From: Candidatus Eiseniibacteriota bacterium
GTDB lineage: Bacteria > Eisenbacteria > RBG-16-71-46
Assembly (NCBI GenBank): GCA_963725865.1
Contig: CAVSAC010000012.1
Location: 96,001-160,000, forward strand
DNA: 64,000 bases
Direction: 5' to 3'
The notes beneath the pieces were generated by a model that saw only the letters and a list, made by a program, of their open reading frames with translations, had not been told where the DNA came from and searched no databases. The first letter of the stretch is position 1; each line of letters opens with the position of its first letter. A program made the position numbers and the translations under genes. Of this stretch, positions 20,809-30,101 are shown one piece after another.

Positions 20809-22989
20809 TTACGGCCGGCCGTGGTCCGCGGACTGGATCCGCCGGGCCGGAGCGTCGCGGCGACGGGGCAGAGCGAGCGCAGCGGGCCCACCATCCTCGC
20901 GGGCGCGCCGACTGGTCTGGGATCCGCGCTGGAAGCGGTAGAGCACGAGGGACGGCGTGCGGACGACCGCAATGAAGCTCTGCGGCAGCGCGTCCAGCTT
21001 CGCGATCGCGTCGACATGAGGGCCCGGCGGGAAGGGCACGAGCATGTAGGGCGTCGGCGTGCGACGCGCCACCACGTAGACCGGGGCAGGCTGGTCGCGC
21101 AGGGCCCGCCAGGTCGAGTCGCTGACGCCCGGTTCGAGCAGCAGGTTGACGACCACGCGCTCGCGCGCGGCGACGACGTCGAGTGGGTGCCCGATCAGCG
21201 CCGAGATCGTCGAATCCCTGCCGCCGAACAGGATCCGCCGCCCCGAGTAGCCCGCCGCGGCCGAGCAGGAGACCCACTGCAGGTCGATGAAGACCGCGTC
21301 GACCGGCGTGCGATCACGTGCGTAGTCGAACACCGCGAAGTCATCGCGCGTCTCCGGGTAGCCCGCGTATCCCCACGCGCCGTCCTGGCGCGCCCAGCCA
21401 TTGAACAGGAGCAGCGCATTCGGCAGGAACACGAGGGCGGCGAGGGTCCATGCCCACCTCCGTCCGATCCGGCGCGTCGCCACGTCCACCAGCGCGCCGA
21501 TGCCCGCGGGAGCGAAGAACGCGATGCCCATGTAGGCGAGGTAGACCAGGTAGGCCTGCGGGGTCCTGGGCATGGGAGGGCTCAGCCCCAGTGAAGTCGC
21601 GAGGCAGACCATCCCGAATCCCAGGCCGAACAGGGCGAGGGCCTTCGAACGCCGATATACGGCGGCCCACCCCCAGAGCGCGGGCAGGATCACGACGCTG
21701 AGGCCCTGCACGACCGGCGGGATGTTCTCCACCATGAGGCGGACCCTCACCGGATGGCCCGCCATCTGGTCGAGATGCTGCGTGAACCAGATGATCCCGA
21801 AGCCGATGCCGGTGCCCGCCACGACCGCCAGGGCCGGACCGATCGCGACTCTCCGACCCTCGACGGTGAGCGCGGCCAGCGCCAGCCCGACACACAGGGC
21901 GACACCGGCCGGCAGCCCCACCACCGGATGCACCACGACGGCACTCATCGCCAGCACCGCGATCGCGACGAGCCGTCCCCTGCCTCCCTCCCGCAGCTGC
22001 ACCGCGACCAGCGCGAACGTCGCGACGATCAGCGAGAGCGCCGTGCCGAGGGTACAGGCACTCAGGAACTTGTAGAGCATCGAGCACAGCACGAAAGAGG
22101 ACTGGTAGATGATGGCGCCGCACACCTGGAAGGCCCTGGGGTGGAGCACCAGCGTCGAGAACTGCTGGTAGAAATCGGCGAGGCCCCGGTCGTGCCCGAC
22201 CAGCGGACCCACCACCAGGCGGGTGGCCATGAGCACCCAACCCAGTGCGTTCATGCCCAGCGCCACGACGGCAGGAGCGAGCCGCCGATACCGCCGCTCC
22301 GTCCAGAACAGCGCCGCCATGCAGTGCGCGCCGAAGCCCAGCACGGCCACCATGGCTCCCCCCACCCACGGGAAGATCCCGAATGGCGTGAGCCCCATCC
22401 CTTCCACCAGCGCCGCCGCCCAGACGTGGAACTGCCACATGTAGGTCAGGGGCATCCCGGCGTAGGCAGGGTCCTGCGGCGGCAGACCGCGCAGCCGGAT
22501 CTCCTCGATGATCTGCACGTGGGAGATCGCGTCCCCGCTCGTGCGTGTCACCAGATCGAGTCCCGGCGGGAGCGCGACCAGCAGCGCGAGGGCGCCGACG
22601 ATCAGCCAGGCGACCCGATCGGCCGGGGCACCGGGACGCGCCCGCGGCCGCAGCAGCAGGGCCCAGATCGTGCAGAGCCCCGCCCAGGCCCAGAGGAACG
22701 CCGGCGCGGGCAGCCCGGCCATGAAGCCGAGCGTGCGGCCCAGGATCGTGACCGGGACGGAAAGCGCCAGGCTCGCCATCGCGCGCTCTTCGGCCGTCGT
22801 GCGCTCCGAGCGCAGCAGGCTCTCCGCAAGCAGCCAACCCGGGAACACGCCCAGGAGCAGGAAGCCGAGCGGAGCGCGCAGCAGCAGGGGGAGATGCACC
22901 TGGGTAGCGAACGCCGCCGCCGCGGCCAGCACGGCCACCGAGTAGAACGGCCACCCGGGCGCCTTCGAGCGAGGGATGAGGGATGCCAT
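20809..22989 (-). CDS. Polytopic membrane protein, GT-C-like glycosyltransferase candidate
   Basis: More than 12 hydrophobic segments; loop GDAISH...PPQDPAYAGMPLTY; soluble C-terminal domain ARDRTPVDAVF...SGRRILFG. Confidence 0.65.
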   Translation of the reverse strand: MASLIPRSKAPGWPFYSVAVLAAAAAFATQVHLPLLLRAPLGFLLLGVFPGWLLAESLLRSERTTAEERAMASLALSVPVTILGRTLGFMAGLPAPAFLWAWAGLCTIWALLLRPRARPGAPADRVAWLIVGALALLVALPPGLDLVTRTSGDAISHVQIIEEIRLRGLPPQDPAYAGMPLTYMWQFHVWAAALVEGMGLTPFGIFPWVGGAMVAVLGFGAHCMAALFWTERRYRRLAPAVVALGMNALGWVLMATRLVVGPLVGHDRGLADFYQQFSTLVLHPRAFQVCGAIIYQSSFVLCSMLYKFLSACTLGTALSLIVATFALVAVQLREGGRGRLVAIAVLAMSAVVVHPVVGLPAGVALCVGLALAALTVEGRRVAIGPALAVVAGTGIGFGIIWFTQHLDQMAGHPVRVRLMVENIPPVVQGLSVVILPALWGWAAVYRRSKALALFGLGFGMVCLATSLGLSPPMPRTPQAYLVYLAYMGIAFFAPAGIGALVDVATRRIGRRWAWTLAALVFLPNALLLFNGWARQDGAWGYAGYPETRDDFAVFDYARDRTPVDAVFIDLQWVSCSAAAGYSGRRILFGGRDSTISALIGHPLDVVAARERVVVNLLLEPGVSDSTWRALRDQPAPVYVVARRTPTPYMLVPFPPGPHVDAIAKLDALPQSFIAVVRTPSLVLYRFQRGSQTSRRAREDGGPAALALPRRRDAPARRIQSADHGRP

Positions 22990-23125
22990 GGCGAGGGAGG
23001 ATACCAGTCACCCGAAGCGGGCGACAATCCTGGACGCCGGCGCATCGGGCTTGGATACGGTCAGTGCTCCACCGACCGGGCTGACAGGTCACCCCGGGCC
23101 AGCGCGAGCGACTCGACGCGCGCCC

Positions 23126-23368
23126 TCAGCCGCGCGCGGCGTCCTCGAAGAAATCCAGGACGTCGCCCACGGTCTGGATGCCGCGCAGGCGCACAGCGTC
23201 GAATTTGAGCTCGCGGCCCACCGCCTGCTCGACGCGCAGCGCCAGCTCGGAGAAGTCGAGACTCCGGAATCCGATGTCCCGCAGCACGGCGTCCTCGCGC
23301 GTCGTGGCCTCGCGGCTCTGCCGTTTGGCGACCTGCTGCATCAGCGTCAGGATCCGCGCTCGTTCCAT
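23126..23368 (-). CDS. Acyl carrier protein
   Basis: 80 aa, LRDIGFRSLDFSEL (Ser attachment site), TVGDVLDF. Confidence 0.82.
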   Translation of the reverse strand: MERARILTLMQQVAKRQSREATTREDAVLRDIGFRSLDFSELALRVEQAVGRELKFDAVRLRGIQTVGDVLDFFEDAARG

Positions 23369-23369
23369 G

Positions 23370-23882
23370 CTACGAGACCTCCCCAGAGGGGTCCGCCGCC
23401 GTCGGCGGCGCCCACGTCATGATCCGTCCTGCGCCTGGACCCAGCGGGGACACGGCGCTCGCTGCGCTCGGCGCCCCGTCCGAGAACCGGCCGAAGGCGA
23501 GCGTCCAGCGCCCGCCCCAGCCCGGCACGACCAGCGCCTCGGCGTCCGCCGGCAGTTCCGGCGTGTGGCCCGCGCGATGCCGCCGCACCCACTCGAGGAT
23601 CGGCAGGTCGAGCAGTTTCGCCGTCACTTCCGCGAGCACCCAGAAGCGCCAGAAGTCCGCGCCCCCGGAGACCAGTCCCGCGAGTACCGGCGGCGCCGCG
23701 GGCTCGTTCCACTCGATGTCGCACGCACATGAGCCAGCGACCTCGTCCGGCCACCAAGCCAGTCGCACCCCATCGGGGGCGTACGAACGGGCGGGCGCGC
23801 CGGCTGCGAGCGTCTCGCTTGGGCCGGCCAGCGCGAAATGTCCCCAGCCCGCCGGCAGCGCGTGCACGGCAGCCGGCGTCAC
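23370..23882 (-). CDS. Hypothetical protein, possible divergent phosphopantetheinyl transferase
   Basis: GTG start overlaps the SDR stop; CDIE and FWRFWVLAEVTAK resemble PPTase motifs; adjacent to the ACP. Confidence 0.5.
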   Translation of the reverse strand: MTPAAVHALPAGWGHFALAGPSETLAAGAPARSYAPDGVRLAWWPDEVAGSCACDIEWNEPAAPPVLAGLVSGGADFWRFWVLAEVTAKLLDLPILEWVRRHRAGHTPELPADAEALVVPGWGGRWTLAFGRFSDGAPSAASAVSPLGPGAGRIMTWAPPTAADPSGEVS

Positions 23883-24470
23883 GTGCTCGCGCCCCCGTCG
23901 AGGAACACGGTCTGCCCGGTGAGGCTCGGCGGCCCCAGCAGGAGCAGGTCGAGCACGGGCAGCAACTCCGCCTCCTCGACCAGCCGTCCGGTGGGCGTGC
24001 GCCGGCGGATGACCTCGAGCTGCTCCGCCGCGAGCACCGATGACATCTCGGATGCGAAGAACCCCGGCGCGATCGAGTTCACGAGGATGCCGCGCGGACC
24101 CAGTTCGCGCGCGCGCGAGCGCGTGAACGCGTCCATCGCCCCCTTGCTCGCGGAGTACGCCTTGAGCCCGGGGTAGCCGCGGCTGCCGCAGATCGAGGAC
24201 ACGTTCACGATCCGACCGCCGCCGGCGAGGAGCATGCGCTTCACCACCAGCCGGGTGAGCAGCATGGGCGCGACCACGTTGGTCTCGATGATGCGCCGGA
24301 GCAGCTCGGGCGGCGTGTGCGCGAGCAGGTGGTCCTGGCCGATGGCGGCGTTGTTGACCAGGAAGTGGATGACGCCGAAGCCATCGATGACCTCGCCCAC
24401 GAAGCGCTCGACCGTGTCCGCGTCGACCGCGTCCACCTCGCGGAAGAGGAACCGGTCGCCGTGGCGCGCG
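23879..24470 (-). pseudogene. 5'-truncated SDR (FabG-like 3-oxoacyl-ACP reductase), fused in frame to IS1380 transposase
   Basis: LVNNAA, IVNVSS, YSASK, VNSIAPG, LTGQTVFLDGG present; N-terminal TGxxxGIG missing. Confidence 0.82.
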
Positions 24471-25690
24471 AGCAGCACGCGGAGCTGGTTGGCGAGGAAG
24501 CGCGAGCAACTCGTGCGGTCGAGCGCGACGTCGAACAGCTCCTTGATCCGGTTCTCGACCTCGCCGCGCTGGCAGTAGATGCGCTCGTAGACCCGCTGCG
24601 CCTTGCCCGGCAGGTTGGTGACGACGAAGCGGGCGTTGAGCTTCGGCTCACGTCCTTCGAGCCGGACGACCTCGGCCTTGCACACGACGCGACGCTCGCG
24701 GCTCCACGTGCCGGCGGCGTAGTTGAAGTCGGTGTAGACGTGCTCGGTCCTGCCCGTGGCGTCACTCAGGACGCGGGCGACGATCATGTCGAGGTCGGCC
24801 TGACGCTCCAGGACCTTGTTCTTGGCCATCGCGACCACGTACTCGACGCCGACGAGGTCGAAGAACTCGAACAGCTCCGGCGCCGCGAAGCCGCCGTCGA
24901 GGCGCACGCGGATGCGGGCCCGAGGGAAGCGCTCCTGCAGCCGGCCGACGATGCGCTTGAGAAGCGTGAGCGCGCCCGCGTGGGTGGGCGCGTTGCCCGG
25001 CCGCAGGGCGGCGGCGCAGAGGAACTGCTCGCGCTCACGGTCGAAGGTCAGGAACGCCAGCATCGGCAGGTAGCACCACGTGTCGTAGAAGCCGTTGAAG
25101 AACGCCATCTGCTGAGCGCCGTGCGTGGGATCGTCGGTGACGTCGAGATCGACGGTGATCCGGCGCACCTTGCGGCGACGCTTGCGATGCCGATCGACCA
25201 CCGCCTTGAACAGGGCGTCGCCCATCGCCAACAACTCGCCGCGGGTGACGTCGTTCTCGAACCGCGACAGCGTCGGCTGCGAGGCGAGCGCGTCACCCGA
25301 GAGCGGGTCGCGGCCGAGCAGCAGCTTGTGCATCGGATCGTCGGCGAGACGCGCGGCGTCGTTGGCGTCTTCGTAGCCGAGTGCCAGGCCGTAGATGCGC
25401 TGGCCGAGCAGGTCCGCCAGGCCGTGCCGCACCTTGCCCGCCTGCCGCTCATCGACCAGCGCGGCCGCGAGTCGCGGGATCAGACCGAGCCGACGTTCCA
25501 TGGCCTTGAGCAGCAGCGCGCCACCGTCGGAGCTGGCGTTCGGGACGTCGAACGTCGCCGTCAGCGGCCGGTCGAACAACTCCGGGAACAGGACACACGG
25601 TGTCGTGGTAGAGTCACGCACGCGAAGACCTCCGTCCTTGGAAGAAGAGCGCCTAGACAACGCCTTTCTACCATGCGGAGGTCTTCGTGT
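24470..25690 (-). mobile_element. Truncated IS1380 family element; transposase from GTG 25621 lacks its C-terminus and the left end abuts IS256 copy 2
   Basis: SSDGG, GYEDAND, LASQPTLSRFEN, DLDVTDDPTHGAQQ, RLDGGF, YCQRGEVENRIKE, ANQLR. Confidence 0.88.
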
Positions 25691-27062
25691 GGGCTACCCT
25701 CACGAGGTGTGTAAAAGGCTGATGGCGACGTAACCTTCAGGTTCGCCAAGAACCACGGGCCGAGTGCCCGCAACGAAGGAGAACGCCGCCGTGAGGAAGA
25801 AGACACCCGCCGTGCCCGTGTCGTCAATGCCGACGTGGGAGACCCTCGAGGAGTTCGTGCGCACGAAGATCCAGGCGACGATGCAGTCGGTGCTGGAGGA
25901 AGAGCTGACGGCGTTCCTGGGCCGCGGCAAGTCGGAGCGTCGCGCCGGAGTCGATGTCGCGCCGGGCTACCGCAACGGCCACGGCAAGCCGCGCAAGCTG
26001 GCGCTGTCGTGCGGCACGGTCGCGCTGCAGCGGCCGCGAGCGCGGAACCTGGAGGAACGCTTCGAGAGCCAGGTGTTGCCGCTGTTCGCGCGCCAGAGCC
26101 GCGCGGTGAGCGCGCTGTTGCCGGAGTTGTACCTGCACGGGCTCTCGAAGGGCGACTTCGAACTGGCGATGCGGGGGCTGCTGGGCGAGGGCGCGACGCT
26201 GTCGCCGGCGTCGATCGAACGGCTGCGCGGCAAGTGGCAGGCGGAGTACGACGCCTGGAGCACGCGGGACCTGAGCGATCGCGAGTTGGTCTACGTGTGG
26301 GCCGACGGCGTGTACGTGAAGGCCGGTCTCGAACGCGAGAAGGCGGCGCTGCTGGTGGTGATCGGCGCCAAGGCCGACGGCACCAAGGAAGTGCTGGCCG
26401 TGACGCCGGGCTATCGCGAGAGCACCGAGTCGTGGAAGGCACTGTTCGCGGATCTCAGGGCTCGCGGCCTCGACGCACCGAAGCTGATGGTCGCCGACGG
26501 CGCCGCGGGCGCCTGGGCGGCGGCGGGCGAAGTGTGGCCGGCGATGCGCGAGCAGCGCTGCTGGAACCACAAGCTCGTCAACGTGCTCGATGCGCTGCCG
26601 AAGAAGGTGCAGGCCATGGCGCGCGAGCTGCTGTGCGCGATCCCGTACGTGCCGACACGAGCCGAGGCCCTGAAGCGCCGCGAGCGGTTCGCGAAGGCGT
26701 TCCGCCGGACGCACCCGCGGGCGGTCGAGATCCTCGAGCGCGACTGGGAGCGAATGGTCGCCTTCTACGGCTTCCCGCGCGAACACTGGAAGCACCTGCG
26801 CACGACGAACGTGGTGGAGAGCCCGTTCGCGTCGGTGCGGCTGCGCACGGATGCAGCGAAGCGGTTCAAGAAGACGGAGAACGCGACGGCGATGATCTGG
26901 AGGCTGCTGCTCGTGGCCGAGAGGAACTTCCGCAAGATCGACGCACCGCACCTGGCTGCCGAGGTCTATCGCGGGGTCGTGTTCGAGGACGGAGTGAAGC
27001 TCACGAAGTCGAATCAGAGGGTCGCCGCCTGATGCCGTTTACACACCGCTTGACTCAAGCCC
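25691..27062 (+). mobile_element. IS256 family element, copy 2 (1372 bp)
   Basis: Near-identical to copy 1; two A>G differences noticed (codon 9 Thr>Ala and one in the right IR). Confidence 0.93.
25764..27032 (+). CDS. IS256 family DDE transposase
   Basis: Identical to the copy 1 protein except residue 9. Confidence 0.95.
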   Translation: MPATKENAAVRKKTPAVPVSSMPTWETLEEFVRTKIQATMQSVLEEELTAFLGRGKSERRAGVDVAPGYRNGHGKPRKLALSCGTVALQRPRARNLEERFESQVLPLFARQSRAVSALLPELYLHGLSKGDFELAMRGLLGEGATLSPASIERLRGKWQAEYDAWSTRDLSDRELVYVWADGVYVKAGLEREKAALLVVIGAKADGTKEVLAVTPGYRESTESWKALFADLRARGLDAPKLMVADGAAGAWAAAGEVWPAMREQRCWNHKLVNVLDALPKKVQAMARELLCAIPYVPTRAEALKRRERFAKAFRRTHPRAVEILERDWERMVAFYGFPREHWKHLRTTNVVESPFASVRLRTDAAKRFKKTENATAMIWRLLLVAERNFRKIDAPHLAAEVYRGVVFEDGVKLTKSNQRVAA

Positions 27063-27089
27063 GGACTGGCGCAAGTAGGTGAGTGCCCC

Positions 27090-27617
27090 TTACTCACTCT
27101 CTCTCACGTCTCGCTCTCGGCCCTTGACTATAGGCGGCATCGTCCGCTTGAGCTTAAGTGAGGGCCGACGCTGCGCCCCCTGATCTATCCACTTGATGCT
27201 CCATGCGCACTTGGTGCCTGGGGTCGCCCGAACGTTGTCCAATACCTCCGCGCCCCCGCCAACAGCATTCCCGACACACTCTACTAACACGTTGTTATCG
27301 CCAGCCACCATTCTGAGTGTGTATGTGCCGTTTGTGGGTTCATCCACGTCAATGTGTGTGGCCGCGGACGTCGCGGCCCTACCTGCCGCTGGCAGGCCAT
27401 CCCAGAAGGTGCATCCGGGAATGTGCCTCACCGTGGAATCCCGCCTGTCCGAGCTCCTGCCTATCGGGTCGACGAGCACGACACCTGTTGCCCCAGACAC
27501 ACTAACTTGAAGCCGCGCCCCTACCGTCCGCTCCCCCGCACTTACTCCCGCTCCAGTACTACAACCGACAATCAGTACACCACCTATCAGCCCCCTCACA
27601 GCACTCCAGGCTCGCAT
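27090..27617 (-). CDS. Hypothetical exported protein (possible lipoprotein), lower GC
   Basis: GGAGG RBS; MRAWSAVRGLIGGVLIVGC signal/lipobox-like start; atypical codon usage. Confidence 0.55.
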   Translation of the reverse strand: MRAWSAVRGLIGGVLIVGCSTGAGVSAGERTVGARLQVSVSGATGVVLVDPIGRSSDRRDSTVRHIPGCTFWDGLPAAGRAATSAATHIDVDEPTNGTYTLRMVAGDNNVLVECVGNAVGGGAEVLDNVRATPGTKCAWSIKWIDQGAQRRPSLKLKRTMPPIVKGRERDVRESE

Positions 27618-27619
27618 TC

Positions 27620-27727
27620 CTACCTCCCGCCAAGCACAACAACCCGTCACGTCGAGTTGCCTTCACTCGTCTCCAACCGTACGAAGTACAGTCCTGGCCT
27701 GGTCTCACCCCGCTGCCACGTCACGTC
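27620..27727 (-). pseudogene. C-terminal remnant of a T9SS type A/FlgD-like CTD protein with an internal stop
   Basis: DVTWQRGETRPGLYFVRLETSEGNST*RVVVLGGR*. Confidence 0.6.
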
Positions 27728-27817
27728 CGGACCGAAGGTTGGTCGCCCGGCTGCTATCTCTACCGCATCGAGGCAAGCGGTGTCGCCCGAACTCGGAAGA
27801 TGGTGGTCATTCGCTGA
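27728..27817 (+). pseudogene. Second C-terminal remnant of a T9SS type A/FlgD-like CTD protein
   Basis: RTEGWSPGCYLYRIEASGVARTRKMVVIR*. Confidence 0.6.
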
Positions 27818-27914
27818 TGAAGCTACGGCAGCGGGTGTCGCCGGGGACGACCGGCGACTTGAACGCGCGCGAGGGTCGGATCCTCGCGAGGACTTTCTCG
27901 CTACCTGCCGCCGC

Positions 27915-29168
27915 TCAGCCCTTTCGCGCCGCTCCGAACCGCCGCTCGACGTACTCGTCGAGCAGGCGCGCGAAGTCCGCGGCGATGGCGTCGCCCTTGA
28001 GCGTCACCGCGAGCTTGCCGTCCACATAGACCGGCGCGCGCGGGTCCTCGCCGGTGCCGGGCAGCGAGATGCCGATGTCGGCGTGCTTGCTCTCGCCGGG
28101 GCCGTTGACCACGCAGCCCATCACCGCCACCCGCAGCGTCTCGACCCCGGGATAGGTGGCGCGCCAGGCGCTCAAGCGCGCGGCGATGTGGGCGGTGACC
28201 TGCGAGGCCAGCTCTTGGAAGAACGTCGAGGTGGTGCGCCCGCAGCCCGGGCACGACGTCACCTGCGGCGCGAAGTCGCGGATGCCGAGCGACTGCAGGA
28301 TCTGCTGGCAGACCCGCACTTCCTCGGCGCGATCGCCGCCGGGCGCGGGGGTGAGGCTGGTGCGGATGGTGTCGCCGATCCCTTCGAACAGCAGCGTCGA
28401 GAGCGCCGCCGTGGTGGCGACGATGCCCTTGGTGCCGAGTCCGGCCTCGGTGAGCCCGAGGTGGAGCGGGTAGTCGCACGCCGCGGCCAGCGCGCGGTAG
28501 ACCTGCACCAGGTCGCGCACGTCGCTCACCTTGGCCGACAGCACGATGCGATCGTGCGGCTGGCCGAAGCGCTCCGCCAGCTCGGCGGAGCGCAGCGCGC
28601 TCTCGCGGATCGCCTCCAGCACCACCTCGCGGTCGGGCAGCGGCTCGGGGCGCTGGGCGTTCGCGTCCATCATGCGCGTCAGCAGCCCGCGGTCGAGCGA
28701 GCCCCAGTTGACGCCGATGCGCACCGGCTTCGCGTGCGCGACCGCCACCTCGATCATGCGGCGAAAGTTCTCGTCGTGCTTCTCGCCGACCCCGACGTTG
28801 CCGGGGTTGATGCGGTACTTGTCGAGCGCCGCGGCGCACTCGGGGAACTCGCCGAGCAGCGTGTGGCCGTTGTAGTGGAAGTCGCCCACCAGCGGCGCCT
28901 CGCAGCCCTGCTCGCGCAGGCGGCGGCGGATCTCGGGCACCGCGGCCGCGGCCTCGCGGGTGTTGACGGTGATGCGCACCAGCTCCGAGCCGGCCGCGGC
29001 CAGCATCGCGACCTGCGCGGCGGTGGCGCCCGCGTCCTCGGTCGGCGTGTTGGTCATCGATTGCACCACCACCGGATGCCGGCCGCCGAGCGGCACGCGG
29101 CCGACCCAGCAGGTGGGGGTGGCGCGGCGGCCCTTCCGGCGGGTGTCCTCGATCTGGATGATGGGCAT
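27915..29168 (-). CDS. ispG: (E)-4-hydroxy-3-methylbut-2-enyl-diphosphate synthase
   Basis: [51 protein letters not shown]. Confidence 0.97.
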   Translation of the reverse strand: MPIIQIEDTRRKGRRATPTCWVGRVPLGGRHPVVVQSMTNTPTEDAGATAAQVAMLAAAGSELVRITVNTREAAAAVPEIRRRLREQGCEAPLVGDFHYNGHTLLGEFPECAAALDKYRINPGNVGVGEKHDENFRRMIEVAVAHAKPVRIGVNWGSLDRGLLTRMMDANAQRPEPLPDREVVLEAIRESALRSAELAERFGQPHDRIVLSAKVSDVRDLVQVYRALAAACDYPLHLGLTEAGLGTKGIVATTAALSTLLFEGIGDTIRTSLTPAPGGDRAEEVRVCQQILQSLGIRDFAPQVTSCPGCGRTTSTFFQELASQVTAHIAARLSAWRATYPGVETLRVAVMGCVVNGPGESKHADIGISLPGTGEDPRAPVYVDGKLAVTLKGDAIAADFARLLDEYVERRFGAARKG

Positions 29169-29176
29169 GGACGGCG

Positions 29177-29206
29177 AGGATAGGAGCGCGCGCGCGCGGG
29201 CGTCAA
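29177..29206 (-). promoter_or_regulatory. Sigma70-like promoter of ispG, probably leaderless
   Basis: TTGACG-18 nt-TATCCT, 8 nt before ATG, no SD. Confidence 0.55.
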
Positions 29207-29222
29207 CGCGTGCGCGCGGCGC

Positions 29223-30101
29223 TCACGCGGCGCCTGGAATCGTCGGCGCCGGCACCGGAATGGCGAGCGTGGCGACCAGCGCCACCACCAGCATCAGGTA
29301 GGCGAGCCCGATCGCCAGCCGTTGCCCGCGCGGGATCGCGTCGTAGCCCGGGATCGGGTGGCGCCAGCGCTGCCACAGCGTGAACAGGCCGAGCGCCATC
29401 ACGATCAGCAGGATCGGCGAGGGCATCAGCAGCAGCACCAGCACGCCGAGCGCGTAGCCGGCGATCCAGAACGCGCGCGAGAACGCGCCCGCCACCCGCC
29501 CGCCGTCGAGCGGCGAGACCGGCAGCAGGTTGAACAGGTTGAGCCACGCGCCGACGTGGCCGAGGCCGATCAGGATCGGCCAGCCGCCCGCGAGCCCCGC
29601 CGCCATCACCGCCCACGCGCCGAGCGAGCCGAGCACCGGCCCGGCGATCCCCACCCGCGCCTCGACCGCGGCGTCGCGCGGCCGCCCGCGCATCGAGATC
29701 ACGGCGCCCACGAACGGGATGAACACCGGCGCGCCGGCCGGGATGCCCTCGCGGCGCAGCATCAACGCGTGCCCCAGCTCGTGCACCAGGATCAGCAGCA
29801 CGAAACCGGTCGCGAACGGCCAGCCCCACTGGGTGGCGTACACCGCGATCGAGATCAGCAGGGTCACGATGGTCTTGAGCTGGAGCAGCTCGCCGAGCAG
29901 CCCGACGAACTTGAGCTTGCCGAGCACCAGGACCGCCGCGGCGGCGATGCTCCCGAGCACGCCATTGCGGCCGCGGTGCGTGGGCCCGTGCGCCGGATCG
30001 CCGGCGGACGCCGTGCCGGGCGCGCGCGGCTTCTCGCGCAGGCTCGCGGCCACCGCGCGCAGGTTCTCGAGGTGGCGCTGCTCTTCGGGGGTCGGCGTCA
30101 C
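29223..30101 (-). CDS. Site-2 protease (M50) family membrane metalloprotease
   Basis: HELGH, AGP, NLFNLLPVSPLDGGR. Confidence 0.9.
   Translation of the reverse strand: MTPTPEEQRHLENLRAVAASLREKPRAPGTASAGDPAHGPTHRGRNGVLGSIAAAAVLVLGKLKFVGLLGELLQLKTIVTLLISIAVYATQWGWPFATGFVLLILVHELGHALMLRREGIPAGAPVFIPFVGAVISMRGRPRDAAVEARVGIAGPVLGSLGAWAVMAAGLAGGWPILIGLGHVGAWLNLFNLLPVSPLDGGRVAGAFSRAFWIAGYALGVLVLLLMPSPILLIVMALGLFTLWQRWRHPIPGYDAIPRGQRLAIGLAYLMLVVALVATLAIPVPAPTIPGAA

Larger units (their letters stand above)
14586..27062 (+). mobile_element. Composite transposon bounded by two direct IS256 copies
   Basis: 9-bp direct repeat GGACTGGCG at 14577-14585 and 27063-27071 flanks the outer ends; the inner ends have unrelated flanks. 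Confidence 0.9.

Noticed and set aside
16370..25690. Complete natural-product biosynthetic cluster
   Set aside because: No PKS/NRPS or GT1 glycosyltransferase is present; the GT is a polyprenol-phosphate type and the ACP module is truncated
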